A stretch of DNA of 39,184 bases from a virus. Its lineage: Duplodnaviria > Caudoviricetes. Of the stretch, positions 27,219 to 36,406 are shown in pieces. The position numbers and the translations under genes were made by a program. Position 1 is the first letter of the stretch; the number at the start of each line of letters is the position of its first letter. The stretch is taken from the IMG/VR virus record IMGVR_UViG_3300049781_000037, positions 1-39,184 of that record, one strand, 5' to 3'. Under the pieces are notes generated by a model that worked only from the letters and a program-made list of their open reading frames with translations, ran no database searches and was not told the origin of the DNA.

Positions 27219-27731
27219 CTACGCGGACGCGCCGATGATGTGGACGTCGTACGTGACGCTCGTACCGGCGCCGGAGTTGGCGACCTTCAGCAGGTCGCCG
27301 GTGCCGGCCGTGACGGCGTACCCGGTGGCATCGGCCACGCCGGTGCCCACCGCCACGAACGCGCCCGGGCGCAGGGTGAGCGTGTGGGTGGCGCCGAGGA
27401 GAGTGGCCCACGGGTTTGACGACGCTGCGCCCACGACGACGTTGTTCGAGTTACCGGCCGCCGCCGCGATGATCAGGCCCTTGATACGGGCGAAGGTGAT
27501 CGCACTGCCGAACGCGTCGAGGAGCACGCCCGCCAGGTCGAGGTCCTCGGTCGCCGACGCGGCCAGCGTGCGCCGGTCGGAGAAGATGCGGTCCGCCTTG
27601 CCCGCGCCGGTGCCCGAACCGAGGGACATCGAGCGGGACAGGGACTGTGCTGCCTTGCCGGTGCCCAGGTCGAGCGCCTGGGTCAGCTCGCCGAACGCCG
27701 AGACGGCGAACATCGCTCCAGAGAGAGGCAT
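27219..27731 (-). CDS. Putative capsid-associated protein (170 aa)
   Basis: ATG 27731 after GAGAGGGG; EDLDLAG.L.DAFG..ITFARIKG...TGDLLKVAN. Confidence 0.7.
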   Translation of the reverse strand: MPLSGAMFAVSAFGELTQALDLGTGKAAQSLSRSMSLGSGTGAGKADRIFSDRRTLAASATEDLDLAGVLLDAFGSAITFARIKGLIIAAAAGNSNNVVVGAASSNPWATLLGATHTLTLRPGAFVAVGTGVADATGYAVTAGTGDLLKVANSGAGTSVTYDVHIIGASA

Positions 27732-27744
27732 GGTCCGTCCCCTC

Positions 27745-28311
27745 TCAGGTCGCGATGACGAGCGGCACGTGCCGCTTGAACGCGGGAGTGGCGATCGTCG
27801 CCGGGGCCGTGGCGCCGATGCCGGAACCGGATGTCTGTGCCAGGTTGCCCTCACCCGTCAGGAACGGCTTCGCACCGAGCGAACCGACCAGCGTCGGCAC
27901 CGTGGACGCGGCGATGGCGAGCGCCGCGTAGTAGATGCCCGACTTGGTGATCCGGACCGCCGAGGCGAGCGCGAACGTCTTCGCGGTGTCCGCCGCCCAC
28001 GCCTCGTTCGTCTTGTCCGCCGACTGCGCGAGCAGCGCGCCGGCCCCGGAGTACAGGGCGGCGATCTGGTTCGTCAGCGTGCCACCGGCGGTGCCCGCGC
28101 TGATGAACGTCAGGTTGCTGATGCGGTCGCCGTCCTGGAGGTACAGGGCGACGGAGCACATCACGCCGGTCGCGGCCGCAGGGACGTCGTCCAGGCCCAC
28201 GCGGGGCAGGTTCGCCCGGTGGAAGGTGACGTCCGGGTCCGGGCGGCCGGCGGAGTTGAGCCAGCCGAGGTCGTTGCGGGGGTTGCCCTTGAAGGTGCCG
28301 AGGAGCGTCAC
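27745..28311 (-). CDS. Putative capsid decoration protein (188 aa)
   Basis: GTGA overlap; Ala/Thr/Gly beta-rich; in head module. Confidence 0.65.
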   Translation of the reverse strand: MTLLGTFKGNPRNDLGWLNSAGRPDPDVTFHRANLPRVGLDDVPAAATGVMCSVALYLQDGDRISNLTFISAGTAGGTLTNQIAALYSGAGALLAQSADKTNEAWAADTAKTFALASAVRITKSGIYYAALAIAASTVPTLVGSLGAKPFLTGEGNLAQTSGSGIGATAPATIATPAFKRHVPLVIAT

Positions 28312-28772
28312 TTCTGGTCCTCCTGCTTCTGCTCGCCGCGGGCGAGGATGGCCTTGCGCTTCTTGCCGTTCGCCTCGGCGTCGATGACGCGCTGGCGCTC
28401 GGTCTCGTCGTCGGTGCGGTCGAGGTAGGCGAGGACGTCGTCCTGCTTGTGCTCGGACGGGTCGAACTCCTCGCCGCCACCGGTCGGCACGGAACCGTCC
28501 TGGACACCGAGCCCGTACCCGACCGAGGGGGCCGAGCCGTGGCCGAGGTTGGTCATCGCGTCCGCCGGGGCCGCGACTTCGGTGGTCTCCTCGGTCTCCT
28601 GGTCGGCGGGGAAGACGCCGTAGCCGTGTCGGCGGAAGTACTCCACCGCCGCCCGACCCTCCTTGGTGCTGTCGTCGACGTGGCCGGTGCCCTGGCGAAA
28701 GTGCACGCCCACGGACTCGCCCGTGAACGCGCGGACCGGGGCCTCGATCCTGTACTTGTTCATGCTGATCAC
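28308..28772 (-). CDS. Head-module protein following the major capsid gene (start 28772 or 28763)
   Basis: FDPSEH..DDVLAYL...ERQRVIDAEANGKKRKAIL C-terminal motif. Confidence 0.7.
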   Translation of the reverse strand: MISMNKYRIEAPVRAFTGESVGVHFRQGTGHVDDSTKEGRAAVEYFRRHGYGVFPADQETEETTEVAAPADAMTNLGHGSAPSVGYGLGVQDGSVPTGGGEEFDPSEHKQDDVLAYLDRTDDETERQRVIDAEANGKKRKAILARGEQKQEDQK

Positions 28773-29833
28773 CGCACCTTCACGTTGCGCAGGACGCCGC
28801 AGGCCTTGGTGTTGCGCAGGACGGCCGCGACCGGGCCCATCTCGACTTCGCCGCTCTTGACGGCGCCGGGCACGGTGAAGTCGGGCAGGTAGGTCTCGAC
28901 GAGCGGGGTGCCCGCCATGCTCGCGCCGTGGAACGCGTCCAGGCCCAGCGACACGGCGTAGATGTCGGTGAGGCCGGTGATGACGCCGCCCGCGCCGCCA
29001 CCGTCGACGTCGGCCGAGCGGATCGGAATGATCGGGCCAGAGTCGTCGGCGCGGTCGCCGAGATCGACCAGTACCCAGTCGCCGTAGCGCTCGATCAGCA
29101 TGCCCAGGTTGTTCTTCTCGCTGGTGAACTGCGAGGCGCGGCGGGCCAGGGACTTGATCCGGGCGATGCTCTTGGTGTTGCCGAGGATGGCCTTCACGCC
29201 GGACGGGATCGAACCCTGCGCGCCGGTGTCACCGGAGCCGGTCTGCGAGCCCATGATCCGCGACAGGAAGTCGTCGAACGCGTCGAACGCCGACATGGCC
29301 AGGTCCTCGGTGTTCACCGTCTGCGGCGACCAGTCGAGGTAGCCGGTGGTGACCCCCTCGGCCAGCGGCAGGAACTCCGTGGACTGACCGACGAGCGCCT
29401 TGTCCAGGCCGTCGAAGCCGGCGTCGTCCACGGCGGTGTCGCCGAGGATCAGCTCCTGCTGGAAGCGGGTGCGCACCGAGGTGAGCTTCTGCGCCAGCTG
29501 GAAGCTGATCTCGTTCGACGCGGCCGGGCCCAGGCGGGCCAGCTTCCGGTCGACCGTGAACGCGCCGCCCAGCGGGTGGAGCTCCACGGACTTCCGCTCA
29601 CGCGTGGCCTGCGACGGCACGTACTCCTCGTTGAACCGGCGGAACGCCGCGGCGCTCGGGGCGAGCAGCCGGGTGTAGCCGTAGGTGAGGGAGCCGCCGC
29701 CTGTGCCCGGGGTGACGGTGTCGTCCCAGACGAAGTTGTTAAGCAGCCACGAGTTGCGGCGGAGGTTGTCGATGACGGCGTAGTCGATGTCCGCCGCCGT
29801 GTTGAGCTGCGCCTGAGCGAGCGTCACGGGCAT
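28769..29833 (-). CDS. Major capsid protein
   Basis: MPVTLAQA, YGYTRL, LGGAFTVDR, GFDGLDKAL, VKSGEVEMGP..AVL..TKACGVLRNVKV; follows scaffold. Confidence 0.92.
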   Translation of the reverse strand: MPVTLAQAQLNTAADIDYAVIDNLRRNSWLLNNFVWDDTVTPGTGGGSLTYGYTRLLAPSAAAFRRFNEEYVPSQATRERKSVELHPLGGAFTVDRKLARLGPAASNEISFQLAQKLTSVRTRFQQELILGDTAVDDAGFDGLDKALVGQSTEFLPLAEGVTTGYLDWSPQTVNTEDLAMSAFDAFDDFLSRIMGSQTGSGDTGAQGSIPSGVKAILGNTKSIARIKSLARRASQFTSEKNNLGMLIERYGDWVLVDLGDRADDSGPIIPIRSADVDGGGAGGVITGLTDIYAVSLGLDAFHGASMAGTPLVETYLPDFTVPGAVKSGEVEMGPVAAVLRNTKACGVLRNVKVR

Positions 29834-29848
29834 GGTGATCCTCCTGGA

Positions 29849-30640
29849 TCAGGTCTGGTAGTGGTTCGTGATCGCCCCGGCGAGCGATCCGGCGCGCTGC
29901 TTCGCGCCGCCTTCGCCGGTGCCGCCGGACAGGTCCCCGCCGCTCTTGCCGGCGGTCTGCGCTGCGAAGGCCGGGTTGTCCTTGACGGCTGCCTTGATCG
30001 CGTCGTCGAGGTTCGCTCCGAACGTCTTCGCGGACGGGTCGAGGTCGGCGATCTTCTGCCGGAAGGAGAGGGAGTCGAGGAGCGCGGTGGCCTTCGCGCC
30101 GTGCTTCTCGGCCCGGTCGCGTACCGCGTCCCGGATCGTCAGCTCTCGGAGCTGTGCGTCCCGCTTCTCGATCTCGGCCTGAGCTTCCTGAGCAGCAGCC
30201 GTGCGGCCCGCCTTCTCGGCCGCGGCCACGGCCTTCTCCTGCTCGGTCATGTTCGCGGCCTTGAGCTTCTCCAGCTCCTCCGTAGCGCCCGAGTTGGCCT
30301 TGGCGCGCTTCTCCCACTCTCGGGAGTGACCGATGGCCTCGCGGTACTTGGCTTCCCAGTCGGTGCCGCCGTCCGCGCCGGATCCGGACTGCCCGGATTC
30401 CTTCCCGGACTGCTGTCCGCCCTGCTCACCGGCCTTGCCGTTGCCTTCGGATCCGCCCTGTCCGGACTGGCCGGACTCACCGGATCCGGACTGTCCGGAC
30501 TCGGATCCGCCTTCGCCCTCGCCGTTGCCACCCGCGATGGCGTAGATCGGCATGCCGTTGCGGCGGTAGCCGAGTACGTCGAGCGCGGAGTGCGTCGCGA
30601 GGGGGTGCTTGAAGGCTGAGCGTGTGAAAGGGACCTGCAT
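29849..30640 (-). CDS. Capsid scaffolding protein
   Basis: Gly/Ser-rich linker, SREWEKRAKAN, ANMTEQEKAVAAA coiled coil, C-terminal GKSGGDLSGG. Confidence 0.85.
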   Translation of the reverse strand: MQVPFTRSAFKHPLATHSALDVLGYRRNGMPIYAIAGGNGEGEGGSESGQSGSGESGQSGQGGSEGNGKAGEQGGQQSGKESGQSGSGADGGTDWEAKYREAIGHSREWEKRAKANSGATEELEKLKAANMTEQEKAVAAAEKAGRTAAAQEAQAEIEKRDAQLRELTIRDAVRDRAEKHGAKATALLDSLSFRQKIADLDPSAKTFGANLDDAIKAAVKDNPAFAAQTAGKSGGDLSGGTGEGGAKQRAGSLAGAITNHYQT

Positions 30641-30744
30641 GGTGATCTTCTCCCGTTTCGGGTTGCCCGGGCGCCGTGCGGCGGCCGGAAGTCTGGGGTC
30701 CGCGTCAGCGGGCGAGCTGGTGGCAGCCGTCGTACGGTCGAGAT

Positions 30745-30945
30745 ATGAGCAACTGGGACGACCGGAGCGGCTGGCGGCCAGATCTGCAGTGCCCGGCGTG
30801 TGGCAAGAATGAGATCTGGTACACCGGCGACGTCGATGTGACGCTCTTGGGCGACACTGGCCGATCCCGCGTTCCAGGCGCGTACCTGTGTAAGGACCCG
30901 GGCTGTCGCAAGTTTGAGCAGCAGGTGCAGCCTGAGCGGCGCTAG
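30745..30945 (+). CDS. Antisense moron: small zinc-ribbon protein (66 aa)
   Basis: CPAC...CKDPGC; TACGGT -10 box six nt before ATG; fills the MuF-scaffold gap. Confidence 0.65.
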   Translation: MSNWDDRSGWRPDLQCPACGKNEIWYTGDVDVTLLGDTGRSRVPGAYLCKDPGCRKFEQQVQPERR

Positions 30946-32057
30946 CGAGCTGCGTTGATCTGCTCGCGGCGAGACTTGCGCGGTAGCCCGGTCTGGGCGA
31001 CCAGCTCGCGCACGCGCCCCTGGTACTCGCGCACCCGCGCGTTCGCCTGCGCCCGCTGCGCGTCGTCCACCGCGGCGGCGACCCGGCGCTTCCACGTCCT
31101 GATCTGCCGCTCGAAGTAGCGCTGCTGCTGGGTCCGTTCGTACGTCGCCCTGGACGGGGGCTTCGGTCGCGGTCGCCTCAGGCCCGGCAGGTAGATGCTC
31201 ACCGAGTGACGGCAGTTCGGATGCAGCAGCCCAGCCGCCCGTGCCTCCGGCAGTGACCCAGCTACCCGGACCCGCACCATGCGGTCGTCCTCCGTGGCGT
31301 GCTCCAGCTCCACCACCCCAGCCCCGGAGGGGCCCTCACGCCGCAACACCTTGCCCTCCCAAGGTGCGCAGCGGGGGCACTCCTCCGGGGCGTCCGACAC
31401 CACCACCAGCTGGACGCCGGCAGCGGCGAGTCTGTCCGTGTGCGCCTGCACGGCCGCGCGCCCGACAGCGGACCGGGTGGCCATCTCCACGTAGCTCGTC
31501 AGGTTCCAGGCCTTCCCGGACCGGTCCACGAACCCGGTCACGCCCTTGTCCGCGAACTTCGCGAGCGCCCGCGCGGCCGCCTCCCGGCGCGTCGTCGCCC
31601 CGAGCAGGGGAGCCGAGGACGCCTCCGCGATCACCTGCCGGTACACGTCCACCGCGGTGCGCAGCATCCGCACGTGGGCCGGGCCGGTCTCCTGCACCAG
31701 CGCCGCCGCCAGCCGGTCCACCGCGGCCGCCGCTGGCAGCGCCTCGGCAGCGGCCAGGGCCGGGCCGACAGCCAACGCGCCGAGCTCGGCGATCGCGGCC
31801 TGCTGGCCCCGGTCATACGCCTCGGCGACCGCCCGGTGGATCGCCCCGGCCGCGTCGGCCTGCAACGCGGTGATGATCTCCTCGACCGCGGTGCGGAGGT
31901 TGCCGACCGCGGCCAGCTTCAGCTCCACCCATAGCGGCGAGTCCAGGCCCTCGGCGAGCGCACGGGTGACCTTCTCGATCAGCGCCAGCTCGGCCTGCTC
32001 GTACAACGAGGACACCGCGGCCGCGAGGTCCTCGGCCATGTCGGGACTGACCGGCAT
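30942..32057 (-). CDS. Minor capsid / MuF-like head morphogenesis protein
   Basis: GFVDRSG..W.L.SYVEMATRS, ECPRCAPWEGKV, AGLLHPNCRHS, QRYFERQIR.WKRR. Confidence 0.88.
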   Translation of the reverse strand: MPVSPDMAEDLAAAVSSLYEQAELALIEKVTRALAEGLDSPLWVELKLAAVGNLRTAVEEIITALQADAAGAIHRAVAEAYDRGQQAAIAELGALAVGPALAAAEALPAAAAVDRLAAALVQETGPAHVRMLRTAVDVYRQVIAEASSAPLLGATTRREAAARALAKFADKGVTGFVDRSGKAWNLTSYVEMATRSAVGRAAVQAHTDRLAAAGVQLVVVSDAPEECPRCAPWEGKVLRREGPSGAGVVELEHATEDDRMVRVRVAGSLPEARAAGLLHPNCRHSVSIYLPGLRRPRPKPPSRATYERTQQQRYFERQIRTWKRRVAAAVDDAQRAQANARVREYQGRVRELVAQTGLPRKSRREQINAAR

Positions 32058-32069
32058 GCCGCACCCCCG

Positions 32070-33647
32070 CTACTCCTCGGCGTCGGTCTCCTCGTCGGCC
32101 GGCTCCTCGCCGAAGACGGGCCGGTCGGCACCGAGGGTGGTCGGGTCTTCGACGAGGCGTCCGGTCTCCTTCTGGATCCGGCGGACCTCCGCCTGCTGCT
32201 CCTTCTCGTCCCAGTCCGGGTGGATCAGCGCGACCTTGGCCTCGGTCGACGCGGCCTCCGCCTGCTGTAGAGCCAACGCGGTCTCGGCGAGGGTCTTGAT
32301 GTCGTCCTGGACGCTGTCCTGGAACTCCACGTCCGGCCGCTCCACCTCGATGCCGCTGTACCCGGGGAACATGCCCGAAGCCAGCAGCAGCAGGTAGGAC
32401 TCCGTGATGTCGGCGATCCCCACCACGCTCAACTCGGCCTTGCGTGCGCGCGTGCTCATGCTGCGCGCCGCGCGTGCCTTGATCTCCGTGGCCGTCGCCG
32501 CGGGCCCGTCGCCGTCGTCGCCGAAGGTGCTGCCGGAGTAGCCCGCGTTGCGGACGACCTTGCCGACCAGCTCCTCGATTGTGGCCCGGTGCGACTCGTG
32601 CCGGATGGCGAACTGGTTCAGGGTGATCTGGTGGTCTGACGTCGGCGGCACGTTCATCGGTGCGTAGACGTCGCGGTCTTCCCACACGGCGCCCATGCCG
32701 GGCCCGTTGCTCAGCAGGTAGCCGGCCGGGACGATGATGCGGGACTTCGCCAGGCGGACGTCTCGCATCCACGACGTGTACGTCTCGTCGATCGCCGAGA
32801 GGAACGTCTCGGCCCCCTGGTAGTCCGAGGTGCCGAGCCCGGCTGCGCCGGGGATGTCCCGCCAGTCAGGGGCGACCATGGTGTTCGGGATGTAGGAGAC
32901 GAGGAGCTTCTTCTCCATCCCCGGCGGCAGTTGCCGCACCGGCAGGAACGCCTTCGTCTGCTCGAACTCCTCCAGGCCTCGCGGCTTGCCGAGATTGTCC
33001 TCGGTGCCGTCGTACACGCCGTGCAGCACGTAGCCGGGCTCGTGCCGCTCCAGGTGCCGGACGACGCGCTGTCCGTCGACGAGGATCACGGTCCAGAAGG
33101 TGACGGACTTCAGCTTCTCGCCGTATGCGAACTCGGGTGCGGCGCCGTCGGCGTGGACGACGCCGATCCAGGGCCGGTCGCTGATGTCGGTGTCCCACAC
33201 GATCCGCAGGTACGCCCCGCCGAGGGCGGCCCCGGTCTCGCCGGCGGCGATCAGGGTGCGCTTCAGGCCGGTGTCCATCAGCTCTTCGAGGCGCTCCTGG
33301 GCGGTCGTGTTCTTGACCTTCAGGGTGGGCGGCTCGGAGTACAGCAGGTCGCTGCTTGTGCGGGCAATGTCGCGGGCGAGCGGCATGTGGAGGTTGGCGC
33401 GCTTCTCACCAAGGGGGGTGGGCTCACCCCAGAACCAGCGAGAGACGCGACCGACGACGCCGCCGCGGTACTGGGAGGGCCTGTTCTCGGGGCCGAAGCG
33501 GGCGTTGTCGCGGTGCCGGTTGCGGTAGCGGTAGCGGTAGGCCAGTCGGTCGGGGTTGGCGGAGAGCCACGCGGCCCAGTCCTCCATGTCGGCACGAATC
33601 GCCGGGTGGACCGGTGGCCAGACCGTGTTCTTGTCAGGGAGCGGCAC
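32070..33647 (-). CDS. Portal protein (SPP1/A118-like)
   Basis: 525 aa after terL; LGTSDY...IDETYTSW.RDVRLAK, QFAIRH..H, HPDWDE...EVRRI. Confidence 0.9.
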   Translation of the reverse strand: MPLPDKNTVWPPVHPAIRADMEDWAAWLSANPDRLAYRYRYRNRHRDNARFGPENRPSQYRGGVVGRVSRWFWGEPTPLGEKRANLHMPLARDIARTSSDLLYSEPPTLKVKNTTAQERLEELMDTGLKRTLIAAGETGAALGGAYLRIVWDTDISDRPWIGVVHADGAAPEFAYGEKLKSVTFWTVILVDGQRVVRHLERHEPGYVLHGVYDGTEDNLGKPRGLEEFEQTKAFLPVRQLPPGMEKKLLVSYIPNTMVAPDWRDIPGAAGLGTSDYQGAETFLSAIDETYTSWMRDVRLAKSRIIVPAGYLLSNGPGMGAVWEDRDVYAPMNVPPTSDHQITLNQFAIRHESHRATIEELVGKVVRNAGYSGSTFGDDGDGPAATATEIKARAARSMSTRARKAELSVVGIADITESYLLLLASGMFPGYSGIEVERPDVEFQDSVQDDIKTLAETALALQQAEAASTEAKVALIHPDWDEKEQQAEVRRIQKETGRLVEDPTTLGADRPVFGEEPADEETDAEE

Positions 33648-33831
33648 CGTCCACCTCCTCCGTCGCGGCGGCCTCCATGGAGGCTGCGGTCTCTCGCAGG
33701 GCCGCGGCGATGTCCAGGATGGTCATGGTGACCCTGCCGTCAGGCTCCGCCGACAGCTTGATCTGTCCGATCTCCATGGCGGAGCCGCTGCCGATCGACA
33801 GGTAGACGGGGATGGACAGCGTCGCGGCCAT
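33634..33831 (-). CDS. Small hypothetical protein between terL and portal (65 aa)
   Basis: ATG 33831 overlapping terL stop, GGAGGTGG RBS. Confidence 0.6.
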   Translation of the reverse strand: MAATLSIPVYLSIGSGSAMEIGQIKLSAEPDGRVTMTILDIAAALRETAASMEAAATEEVDGAAP

Positions 33832-35126
33832 CAGGCAGCCACCTCCAGGGGCGTCGAAGGCAGCAGGTGCCGCCACTCATTGACCGAGCTGTGCAGCCCG
33901 TACCGCAAACCGTCCACGCTGTGGTCGTCGACCTTCAGCGGCTGGTCAATGCCCTTCTCGGAGGCCTTCGCATCCCACACGTACGCTGGTAGTTCCTCCA
34001 GCAAGCCAGTGCAGGAGCGGTGGATGGACAGGATGTTCGCCCCGAACGCCGTGCTGACGCTGCGGATCCCGTCCTTCACTTCGTTGTCGGCCTTGGCCAC
34101 ACCCGGCACGCCATCGGACCAGAGCTGCGTCATGAAGCTGGCCGCGGACGGGTCCACGAAGATCCAGGACGGCTGGACGCCCTTCTGCCCGCGGTGCTCG
34201 TACGACGACAGCCAGCGGCGCACGCCGACGCTGTACTGGGCATCCGTCAGCTGCCGCTTCGCGGTCCGCGAGTCGTGCCGGTACTCAGAGGCGACGTACA
34301 TGCGGTTGTCCACGCCCAGCCCCACCAGGAGCGCGGCGAAGGGGTTCACTGTGCCGTAGTCCAGGCCCACGCACATCCACCGCGACATGTCGGGGAGGAG
34401 GTCCACGACGTGCCGGGACTCGTCGAAGCTGTCGTAGATCACGCCCTCGGCCAGGCACCACTCGCCGAGGATGTACCGCTTGAAGAACAGGCCCTGGTGC
34501 GAGCGCTTCAGCGAGTCGACGTACGCGGTCGGCAGCGTCGGGTTGTCGTCGAGGACGAAGCTGAAGCGGTGGACATCGAGCGCGTCCGGGTCCTGGGTCT
34601 CCACGATCGTGCCGTCGCGCCGCAGGTGCAGGCGGGCCCGGTCGAGGATCGTCTTCTTCAACCAGTGGTTCGGACCCTCGGGGTTGGTCGTGCCGAACCA
34701 CTGCGCGCCCTCGACGCTGAGCCGGGTCTCCAGCATCCGGAAGAACGACTCGGGGTAGGTGGTGACCTCGTCGAGGTACGCCCCGGCGAGGGTGAGGCCC
34801 TTGATCTTGTCGGCGGCCCGCTCGTCGTTCGCGCCGGCCACGTAGATCAGGCGGCCGAGGATGGTCACCTCGCCCGCGCCAGCGCGGTAGTCGCACCGCT
34901 TCTTGCCGAGCATCTGCACCATCGGGTCGATGATGTTCCGCTTCAGCGTCCGCTCGGTCTTCCCGACCATGAGCAGCGCGCCCGGCGGGCCGGTGCGGAT
35001 GTAGCGGATCCAGACGATGATCGAGCTGATCGTTTTCGACGACCGGACCGCGCCTTCCCACAGGTTTCCCCGCGCGCTCGCCAGCATGGTTGAGCGGAGC
35101 GCCTTACCAGCGAGAGGCTTGAACAT
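33831..35126 (-). CDS. terL: Terminase large subunit (PBSX-like)
   Basis: Walker A GAVRSSKT, Walker B AYLDE, TTNPEGPNHW, nuclease GLDYG, DDHSVDGLRY. Confidence 0.95.
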   Translation of the reverse strand: MFKPLAGKALRSTMLASARGNLWEGAVRSSKTISSIIVWIRYIRTGPPGALLMVGKTERTLKRNIIDPMVQMLGKKRCDYRAGAGEVTILGRLIYVAGANDERAADKIKGLTLAGAYLDEVTTYPESFFRMLETRLSVEGAQWFGTTNPEGPNHWLKKTILDRARLHLRRDGTIVETQDPDALDVHRFSFVLDDNPTLPTAYVDSLKRSHQGLFFKRYILGEWCLAEGVIYDSFDESRHVVDLLPDMSRWMCVGLDYGTVNPFAALLVGLGVDNRMYVASEYRHDSRTAKRQLTDAQYSVGVRRWLSSYEHRGQKGVQPSWIFVDPSAASFMTQLWSDGVPGVAKADNEVKDGIRSVSTAFGANILSIHRSCTGLLEELPAYVWDAKASEKGIDQPLKVDDHSVDGLRYGLHSSVNEWRHLLPSTPLEVAA

Positions 35127-35136
35127 CGCTGCCCCC

Positions 35137-35622
35137 TCACTGGTCGGGCATCATCCCCCTCAGCCATGCGTCCACGGCCGCCAGGCCTTCCAGGTCCTCG
35201 CGGTCCGGCGGGACGAGCTTCAGCGACTTCTCGATGGCGATGCCGGCCGCGGCCATGAGGTTCTTCTTCGCGTCGGCCGGGGGCTCGGGGACGTCGTGCT
35301 CGGTGTAGCTGTTGGCGCTGCCACCGATGTTGAAGACCTTCGATGGCTGCCAGAGCTGTTCGGTGAGCTGCTCGGCGTCGCCGTGGAGGGCCTCGGCGAG
35401 GATGACCCGGCGTTCCTCGAGGTCGGCCTTCCGCGCGCGGGTGGCTTCCTCGGTCATCGTGCGGTCGAAGCTGAGGCCCATCTTCTGGGCGTGCACGCTG
35501 ATCGTCCGCAGGCTGCGCCCGGTGAGCCGGGAGATCTCGTTGCGGCCCTTGCCTTCGGCGTGCAGCTCGCGGATGCGCTGCAGCTCGGCCTCGGTGACCG
35601 GGTTGGTGTTCTGGTTCGCCAT
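35137..35622 (-). CDS. terS: Terminase small subunit (N-terminal HTH)
   Basis: IRELHAEGKGRNEISRLTGRS..TIS; C-terminal AAVDAWL; directly upstream of terL; RBS GGAGGTG. Confidence 0.8.
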   Translation of the reverse strand: MANQNTNPVTEAELQRIRELHAEGKGRNEISRLTGRSLRTISVHAQKMGLSFDRTMTEEATRARKADLEERRVILAEALHGDAEQLTEQLWQPSKVFNIGGSANSYTEHDVPEPPADAKKNLMAAAGIAIEKSLKLVPPDREDLEGLAAVDAWLRGMMPDQ

Positions 35623-35732
35623 CTTCACCTCCGCAGGCTCCGTTTCGGGCGATACGCTCTTGGCCTCATCGCGGCGGGGGCGCGATGTGCCTCAGCAGGA
35701 GTGCCCCGCCGCTGGACGTGGAGGGGTGCCAC

Positions 35733-36281
35733 ATGGTGGACGTCAATGTGCGGCCGGATATCGATGCCGCAGCAGCGAAGCTCAACAGCGCGTTCGGGGC
35801 GAAGCGGGAGATCCAGAAGCTTCCCGAGGTGCTGTGGGAGGGCGAGACGGTCGAGATGCTCGCTACCGGCGTCTACGGCAAGGGCAATGGTCTGGTGGCC
35901 ATGACCAATCAGCGGCTGATCTTCCTCAAGCACGGCATCATGTCGCAGCAGGTGGAGGACTTCCCGTACAGCCGGATCAGCTCGGTGCAGTGGTCGGGCG
36001 GCATGCTGATGGGGACACTCATCGTCTTCGCGTCGAACAACAAGGCGGAGATCAAGCAGGTTCCGAAGGACCAGGGCAAGATCCTGGCGGACGCGCTGCG
36101 CGCGCGTCTGGCCGACAGAGCCCCGGCTGCTCCGGCTGCGGCAGCGCCTCAGGCTGCTCCTGCCCCTGCTGGTGGGGACATCGCGTCTCGCCTGGCGACG
36201 CTGGATCAGCTCCGGGCGGCTGGCGCGATCACGGATGAGGAGTACCGGGACCGCCGTACGAAGATCCTGGACAGCCTGTAG
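35733..36281 (+). CDS. Moron: bacterial PH-domain protein with C-terminal SHOCT domain
   Basis: GLVAMTNQRLIF...FPYSRISSVQW; Ala/Pro linker; DIASRLATLDQLRAAGAITDEEYRDRRTKIL. Confidence 0.8.
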   Translation: MVDVNVRPDIDAAAAKLNSAFGAKREIQKLPEVLWEGETVEMLATGVYGKGNGLVAMTNQRLIFLKHGIMSQQVEDFPYSRISSVQWSGGMLMGTLIVFASNNKAEIKQVPKDQGKILADALRARLADRAPAAPAAAAPQAAPAPAGGDIASRLATLDQLRAAGAITDEEYRDRRTKILDSL

Positions 36282-36299
36282 GGGCGGCTGGCTCACGAC

Positions 36300-36334
36300 G
36301 GAGCCCCCAGCCAGGGGTGTTGGCTGAGGGCTCC
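36300..36334. terminator. Hairpin between convergent genes
   Basis: GGAGCCC-CCAGCCA...TGGCTG-AGGGCTCC. Confidence 0.5.
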
Positions 36335-36406
36335 GCGTGGTCTGTGATCGTTTCCGGGCATGCCAGATCTGCGGCCCATGGTGAGGCATGATCGCGCGGA
36401 TTGCAA

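Noticed and set aside
30380-30510. TCCGGA/CAGTCCGG repeats
   Set aside because: Explained by the SGQSG low-complexity linker of the scaffold protein
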